A stretch of 64,000 nt of DNA from Eledone cirrhosa (lineage: Eukaryota), in NCBI GenBank assembly GCA_964016885.1, contig OZ024741.1, positions 290,656,001 to 290,720,000 on the forward strand. The letters run 5' to 3'. The notes under the pieces are model-generated. The model was not told the DNA's origin, did no database searches, and was given only the letters and a program-made list of their open reading frames with translations. Positions 56,036 to 64,000 of this stretch are shown piece after piece (the first letter of the stretch is position 1; each line of letters opens with the position of its first letter). Position numbers and translations under genes: made by a program.

Positions 56036-56208
56036 CCGTATTTCCCGGCGCCGAAGACGCTTCGTCCTCAAGGACGCACCCTAATTTTGACAACCAAAAA
56101 TTTGAAAGAAAAAAAATAATAAACAATCTTCGGCCTCCAGGACGCTAGGTAGATCTTTGAGACTTATTTTAGGAAAAAAAGTAGCGTCCTCGACGCCGGG
56201 AAATACGG
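56036..56208 (+). mobile_element. Tc1/mariner (Tc2/pogo-like) MITE, copy 2
   Basis: TA-CCGTATTTCCCGGCG ... CGCCGGGAAATACGG-TA. Confidence 0.9.
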
Positions 56209-56976
56209 TATAAATCTACATAATTATTTATCCATCTATATATCTATCAATCTATCTACATAGCATGTTATCTCTTTCTCGCTCACTCTCTCTCTATATA
56301 TATACCCCCTCTCTCTCTCTATCTATCTACATATCTATCTGACTGTCTGTCTGTCTATCGATTTATCAGTCTGATTGGGAAGTTCGATGTATGAGGAGCT
56401 ACGTTTTTGCACGTGATCGTTTAGACCACATATGCTCTCATACATTCTTCTGCGTTGTTGATGGAACAAATAGGATGTCTGCATATATCGCCTTATGTAT
56501 AGATGTATTCTCATACATGGGAAGTAAAAAAAGGGGGCAACACATATGGATCAAGTAATACGCGACGAGTTCCTCTTCAGTTAAAAAACAACTTAAAATG
56601 CCGCAACCAATACATTGAGGTCACCATATAGGCGAAGGAATGGAATATGGAAAATTTAAAGATTAGAGGAGCAATTCCCATCAGCGGAATAAAATTATAG
56701 ATAAATAATAAGTCAGAAATGCAGAAGGCAGAAAGGTGACTGTAGTGACACCACCCATACGCATGCGTTTTGCAAACATATAGACTTGTTAGGGAAGAAA
56801 ACACTGAAGGCTTTGGCCTGTTTTAGCTTTGCATATGAAAAGAGGGTATTAGCCCTGGAAGATCAAGCTAAAATACTATGTTAAACATTACTTTCTTTAG
56901 TTTCGTTTGCCATCATTCGCCCTTCTACCGCATTGCAAAGACATAAAAAAACCAAGTCTTTTACTACACTATTTTA

Positions 56977-57026
<50 letters not shown>

Positions 57027-57027
57027 A

Positions 57028-57140
<113 letters not shown>

Positions 57141-57194
57141 TATAAATACTCTTTTACTCTTTTACCTGTTCCAGTCATCCGGCTGAGGCACCGC

Positions 57195-57229
<35 letters not shown>

Positions 57230-57253
57230 TACAAATAAGTATATCTATATATC

Positions 57254-57400
<147 letters not shown>

Positions 57401-57583
57401 CATTTTGGTCGTTTTGGAAGCCTCAATAATGCAGATGGGTAAATCTCTGGGTAACAGAATCCGGTGATGAAGAGAGAGATGTAAGAGGAAATGTAGAATG
57501 AGGCGTACAGTGTGCAGAGGAACGTAGGAAAGAGCGTAAAATAATAACACGAGATAGAGTTACCTTGGAAGACATTTAATTGG

Positions 57584-57618
57584 CCCTAGATTTCGGATTT
57601 CGCATCCATCAACTGGGG
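57584..57618 (-). ncRNA. Degenerate hammerhead-like motif
   Basis: CCC-agttgat-GGAT-gcgaa-ATCC-GAAA-TC-TA-GGG; CTGANGA box altered. Confidence 0.3.
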
Positions 57619-57751
57619 GTAGGGTGTCCGAGGGGGGAAAGTTTTTAGTCGGAGAGGAACGGTACGTGGCCTCTGTTGTTCGCTGTTTGTGTACACAAAA
57701 CGACCAAATTTTTTATTATTCCACAATGCTTCAAGCAAACTTCAACACTCT

Positions 57752-57849
<98 letters not shown>

Positions 57850-57966
57850 CATATATAATTTATGTCCAGACATCTTAATGCGAGGTCAATCTTTTTTAGC
57901 ACATATAAATGAAGCACCACTTGCACTTTCCCCCAAATGCCTCCCAAATGCAAAAGTACGTATATA

Positions 57967-58048
<82 letters not shown>

Positions 58049-58070
58049 TATATATATATATTTATATATT

Positions 58071-58101
<31 letters not shown>

Positions 58102-58188
58102 TTGTTCAGATATATGTATATATATCTATGTATATATATATATAGATGTATATATATATATATATATATATATAGATGTATATGTATG

Positions 58189-58318
<130 letters not shown>

Positions 58319-58768
58319 AATCGGTACAAGAACACAAAATAACCAAGCACATATCATATAATACCCTTAGCAAAGATGTATACACTACTTCTCTCTTTTG
58401 TTTTTCATTTCCAGCTCCTGCTGATTTTCCTGACGAGCTATTTATGTAAATTGACCATAAATCATGATCATGAAGGTGAGACAGGATTCAAGGAGATATT
58501 CTTTGCTACCCGAGAAGAAAAGGATATATATATATACCACTTCAAATGAAGAAGGAGGTAAAAGAAGAAAAAAGTGTCAAGACAAACGAACTTTCAAAAG
58601 GTGAATATATATGTGTGTGTGCGTATGTGTATCAGTGTCTGTATGTATGTGTTTAAGTATATCTACATATACACACACATATATATGTATATATACATAT
58701 ATACATATACATATATACATATATACATATATATATATATGTATATACATATATATATGTATACATAC

Positions 58769-58804
<36 letters not shown>

Positions 58805-59286
58805 GTTTGTGTGTGAGTGTATGTTTCAAGAATTTTTTTATCATTGCTTTTGTTATTTTTGGTGTTTATGCTGTTGTTGCTGTTGTTGTTATTCTTGCTA
58901 GGGACGCAACGACCATTTTAGAAACTATATCACACACTCAGCAAATACACCATGATTTTGTTACAAGTTTTGTTTTGTGACCTTGGCTAATGTACTTAAC
59001 ACATTTCTTTTCTTTGCATCAAGTCAAAATGGTGGATCAGTGAATTAAGTTTATAAAAGCTTGAGCAAATGAAAAAAGAAACACACTACTAACTGGACAT
59101 TTGAATAGCAAACAGGAAAGTCCTATGTTTATTTCTTTAGCAGTTGTCAGCATTGCATGCCAAATGTGCATAGACACACATAGACACTGACACGCAGACA
59201 CACTCACACACACACAAACACGCGCGCACACACACACGCACACAAACACACACACTCACTCATACACACAAACAAACTCATTCATG

Positions 59287-59353
<67 letters not shown>

Positions 59354-60094
59354 CTATATATATATATATACATACACATATATACGTGTACGTGTAGTGC
59401 TGTATATATTCATATACAGGTGTATCTGTATTACCTATATCTATATATATATATATATAGGTAAACTCTTAACCATAAAAAATGAACTAAAAAGGCTGAT
59501 GAACTCTCAGACATCAACATACGAAGTTTAGGAAGTTAGCTTATACTTTTAGTGCACATTACTTTGTAAGTGAATATTTTACAACTCTTATAATCGTTGA
59601 ATTAACAAAACTTTCACATCGTAGGAGAAAATGCTTTGCCTTGATTGTTCTGATTCGTTGTGTTCTGAGTGTAAATCTGTTTGAAGTCAACTTTTTTTCA
59701 TCGTCGCTGAATTAAAAGAGCGATCCAGCACGATGGGTTGGCAAAATTGTTAGGGGTTTAGATGGGATGCCTTTGCGACTTATGTTCCGCCTGTTTATGT
59801 TCTGATTTAAGATCCCACTGCAGAATACTTGGGTCGTAGATTTAATCGCGCTCCAGGTGTAAAGTCACTGGCTCATAGGTGCGCTGTCCAAGCATTCAGA
59901 GTCGGTGTTCAGTTTGATGACACGTTTTACTCCGACTTTTCTGTCACATAAAACTCCGAAAGTGTAATTATTACTGCCTTTCCGTCACCAACTGAACACT
60001 TAAAACGATATTGTGTATTACAATTATAAACCATCAATGGATGTGTAATATTCCAGAGGTTTTGTCTGATGTATGCATATAAACTAGCATAAAC

Positions 60095-61370
<1,276 letters not shown>

Positions 61371-61579
61371 AACAATTCCAACTATGCATTAATATGTAAT
61401 CCGGTCGCTTACGATTATATAAGTTGCAAGGGAGTGTGTACAATTTGCTAGGTTACTGACTTAATTGAATGCATGTTTAATGTCATCCGAACTATCTGTT
61501 TCTACTAAAAGGATATGACAGCATGTCACTCATACATACACTTATATCCATAAGGCTAAATTGAGAAATGTTATAATAA

Positions 61580-61760
61580 TAATTGTTTCTACATTTGGCA
61601 CAAGGCCAGCAATGATCCTAGTGTATTACTGGTACTTTATTTTATCGACTCCGTAAGGATGAAAGGCAAAGTTAACCTCGGCGGGATTTGAACTCAGACT
61701 ATAAAGGGCCGTAACTCTATGCTGCAAAGCATGGCGTCCGACTCTGTACTGATACTGCCA
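61580..61760 (-). mobile_element. tRNA/Deu-type SINE
   Basis: Near full-length reverse copy. Confidence 0.9.
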
Positions 61761-61787
61761 CGATAATGATAATAATGATAATAATGT

Positions 61788-63237
61788 TCTCTTTATTGAA
61801 CACAAAGGGTTTACATAAAATACATTAAGGACGGTACAGGACGGTACAATATGGGTTTCTGCGAGTAACAGTGTATACAAAACCATAGGATGTAACAAAA
61901 AATAGAAACAAAAGATTTCCGAAGGTTACTCGCGTAGAAAGCTGACAAAAGCCACAGTCACCCTGACCTCCAGGTCAAGTGCCCTCCCCAGGTGTCCTCC
62001 CTCAATCTACAGGCACATGTTCAGAGCAAACCCATTCACTCCAGCCATTCTCGCCTCTTTCACCCACCACTCAAATTGCTTTGAAGGCAGCACTTCCTTC
62101 TCCACCCTGATTTTCGCCCTCAAGTGAAACCTGAAGAAGTTAATCAAGGGGTCGTCGAAAAGGAAAGTGCCCGCCTTGAACCCTTTTAGACGCGTCCACC
62201 ATACGACCTTTTTCGTCATGACCCCCAGACATACACACACAGCCTGCACTTCCTGGCTAAAAAAGGACGGCGCGGCGAATTTGATGATGACTCAGTTGAC
62301 AGCCAGATCTGTTCTACAAGTGACATTAGGTGTCCGAGTTAAAACCACAAGCCAGCGATAATTAGACAATGTAAGAGTCCACGCAGGACGGTTTCGTCGC
62401 CCTGCGTACATTCGGACATGCCCGACTGACGGCAAATTCCATGCTTGTAGAGCTTATCTCGAACCGGCAATGCTCCCCGGTAGCATTGTCAGGCCAGGAA
62501 TTTCTGGAAGTTGTCTTTAAGCGGCTGACCCAAACTCCTTTGGACAAGAGTGACTAGTTGATTTTCGTAGCCGCCCAGAGTTTCTTCAAGAACGTCGTCG
62601 CTTTTACCTATCACTAACTCTCTATAGAACGCCAAATGAAATTTTTACCGAACGTAGTACCCGATTGGCTGAGGGCTGTGAGAGCGTGAAGACATTCCAG
62701 CTTCTAATCCCTTCCCTTAGATCTCCGCTTGACCCAGTATTGCAGCAACGTCAAAGAGACGAACTGGGGGAAAAGTGCCTAGCGAATTGACCACACCTGT
62801 TAACCGTTCAAGAAAAAACTGGAGATGTCGTAGCCTTAGCGCATGTCTTCGCAACATCAGCTTCGGCATGCCCAGTCCTCCAAGCAACAAGTATTGGCAA
62901 CATATGGACCACCCGACTATCGGAGCGCGTCCCTTCCACAAAAAGCGAAAGAGCAAACGCTGCAGCCCAGTGAGACGAGGCTTTGGACAAGGCACGATGT
63001 ACGCGTTCGCCACCACCAGTCGAACCTTCAGGGATAGCTTCCTCTTGGCCCATTTCCGGGTGAGAGTGGCCACCTTGATCTTTACCATGTCCCAGCTTTT
63101 GTCCTTCTGGAGGTCCGGACCAAACCAGACCCCGAGAAATTTAACCGGTTCGTCCCTTCAGCGCTCGACAACGCTGTTAGACGGTATGGACCTGCCTCTC
63201 CAAGTGCCGAGTCGCAGGCTCATCAATTTTCCCTGGT
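61788..63237 (-). pseudogene. 5'-truncated Tx1/L1-clade LINE
   Basis: W..RKLSLK.R..V.N...LQRLLFRFLWKG...GGLGMP and VVWWTR...FFRFHLRAKIRVE; frameshifted; AATAAA near 61792 followed by (ATT)n-like tract. Confidence 0.85.
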
Positions 63238-63244
63238 TAATTAG

Positions 63245-63700
63245 AATAATTAATAATAATGATTTCTTTATTAGTCACGCAGGGCTCACATAAAGTAAAC
63301 ATTGAATACGACACCAGACGGTACAGTGTGGTTTCTAGCGTATAACAAATTTTTAACAAAAACAGGGAGACTAAAAAAAAAATTAAATTCCCTAACAGAT
63401 GGTGGGGAGACCTACGATGGTCACATTTGCGGGAAGCCCACAAACATCAAAGGTCACCCTGACCGCTAGGGCAAGTGCACTCTCCCAGTCTTCTTTGGCA
63501 AATCTACTGGTGAGTAGTCAGAGCAGGCCCATTCACTCGTCATGCTCACCTCTCATACCCACCTTTGAACGAACTGCTTGGAAGGCAGCATTTCCCTCTC
63601 CATCCTGATTTTCCTCTTCAAGTGAAATCTGAAAAAGTCAATCTGAGCTTTCCTGAGAGGAAAGTTCTTGTCTTCAACCCCTTCAGATATGTCCACGTAA
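63245..63700 (-). pseudogene. Second, diverged 3' fragment of the same Tx1-like lineage
   Basis: gtcaccctgacc, cccattcactc and cctgatttt...tcaagtgaaa.ctgaa shared with 61790-62200; (AAT)n at the 3' end. Confidence 0.75.
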
Positions 63701-63727
63701 AATTACGAAAAATGGAAGATCAGTTTA

Positions 63728-64000
63728 ACATGGATCCAATTGAAATCAGGAGAGGCATATTTCAGGAAGTTAATTTATCTTCATTGTTGATTGTACTGTG
63801 CCTGGTGCCTCTGATGGTGGTTTTGAGAAGATCTAAAGCATGATATCAGCTTAGGGGATAACAGCAACTCATGGATGATCTGAAATTATATGAAAAAGAT
63901 GAATCTCAAATGAGTTCCCTTACAGACACAGTGAATGGCTTTAGTTTGGATATCCGAATGATAGTTGGCTGACAGAAATGTGGGATACTTATTCTGAGGC
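63728..64000 (+). pseudogene. Degraded R4/Dong-clade reverse transcriptase fragment
   Basis: IRRGIFQE.NLSSLL.VLCLVPL...LMDDLKLY.K....L...V..FS.DIRM..G..KC, with stops. Confidence 0.8.

Noticed and set aside
58430-59520. Isolated CTGACGAG (58430) and CTGATGAA (~59496) boxes near (TA)n
   Set aside because: No matching stem II-GAAA or stem I found
62775-63293. 172-aa plus-strand ORF
   Set aside because: Antisense to the Tx1-like LINE fragment

Overview
Eukaryotic, AT-rich, non-coding DNA packed with microsatellites ((TA)n, (CA)n, (GA)n, (GTT)n, (GGT)n) and transposon debris, with a 200-N gap at 6260-6459. I infer a coleoid cephalopod (octopus-like) source from the SINE set and repeat landscape. 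No host gene is supportable, and almost all listed ORFs are microsatellite translations. Real coding remnants: a Penelope-like (PLE) GIY-YIG endonuclease present twice in a ~2.2 kb head-to-head palindrome (49135-51326), an internally deleted Helitron, and RTE, Tx1/L1 and R4/Dong LINE fragments. There are >20 copies of a tRNA/Deu(Nin)-type SINE, Meta-type SINEs and three DNA-transposon MITEs. Main signal: the short unique islands inside (TA)n tracts belong to several unrelated families carrying minimal type-I hammerhead ribozyme cores (best at 54123-54168, 27324-27442, 49356-49396). Their 3' ends abut (TA)n and they repeatedly occur as fold-back palindromes. This suggests a (TA)n-targeted PLE/retrozyme system with hairpin-primed second-strand synthesis. 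All calls were made by eye; coordinates of degenerate repeats are approximate.
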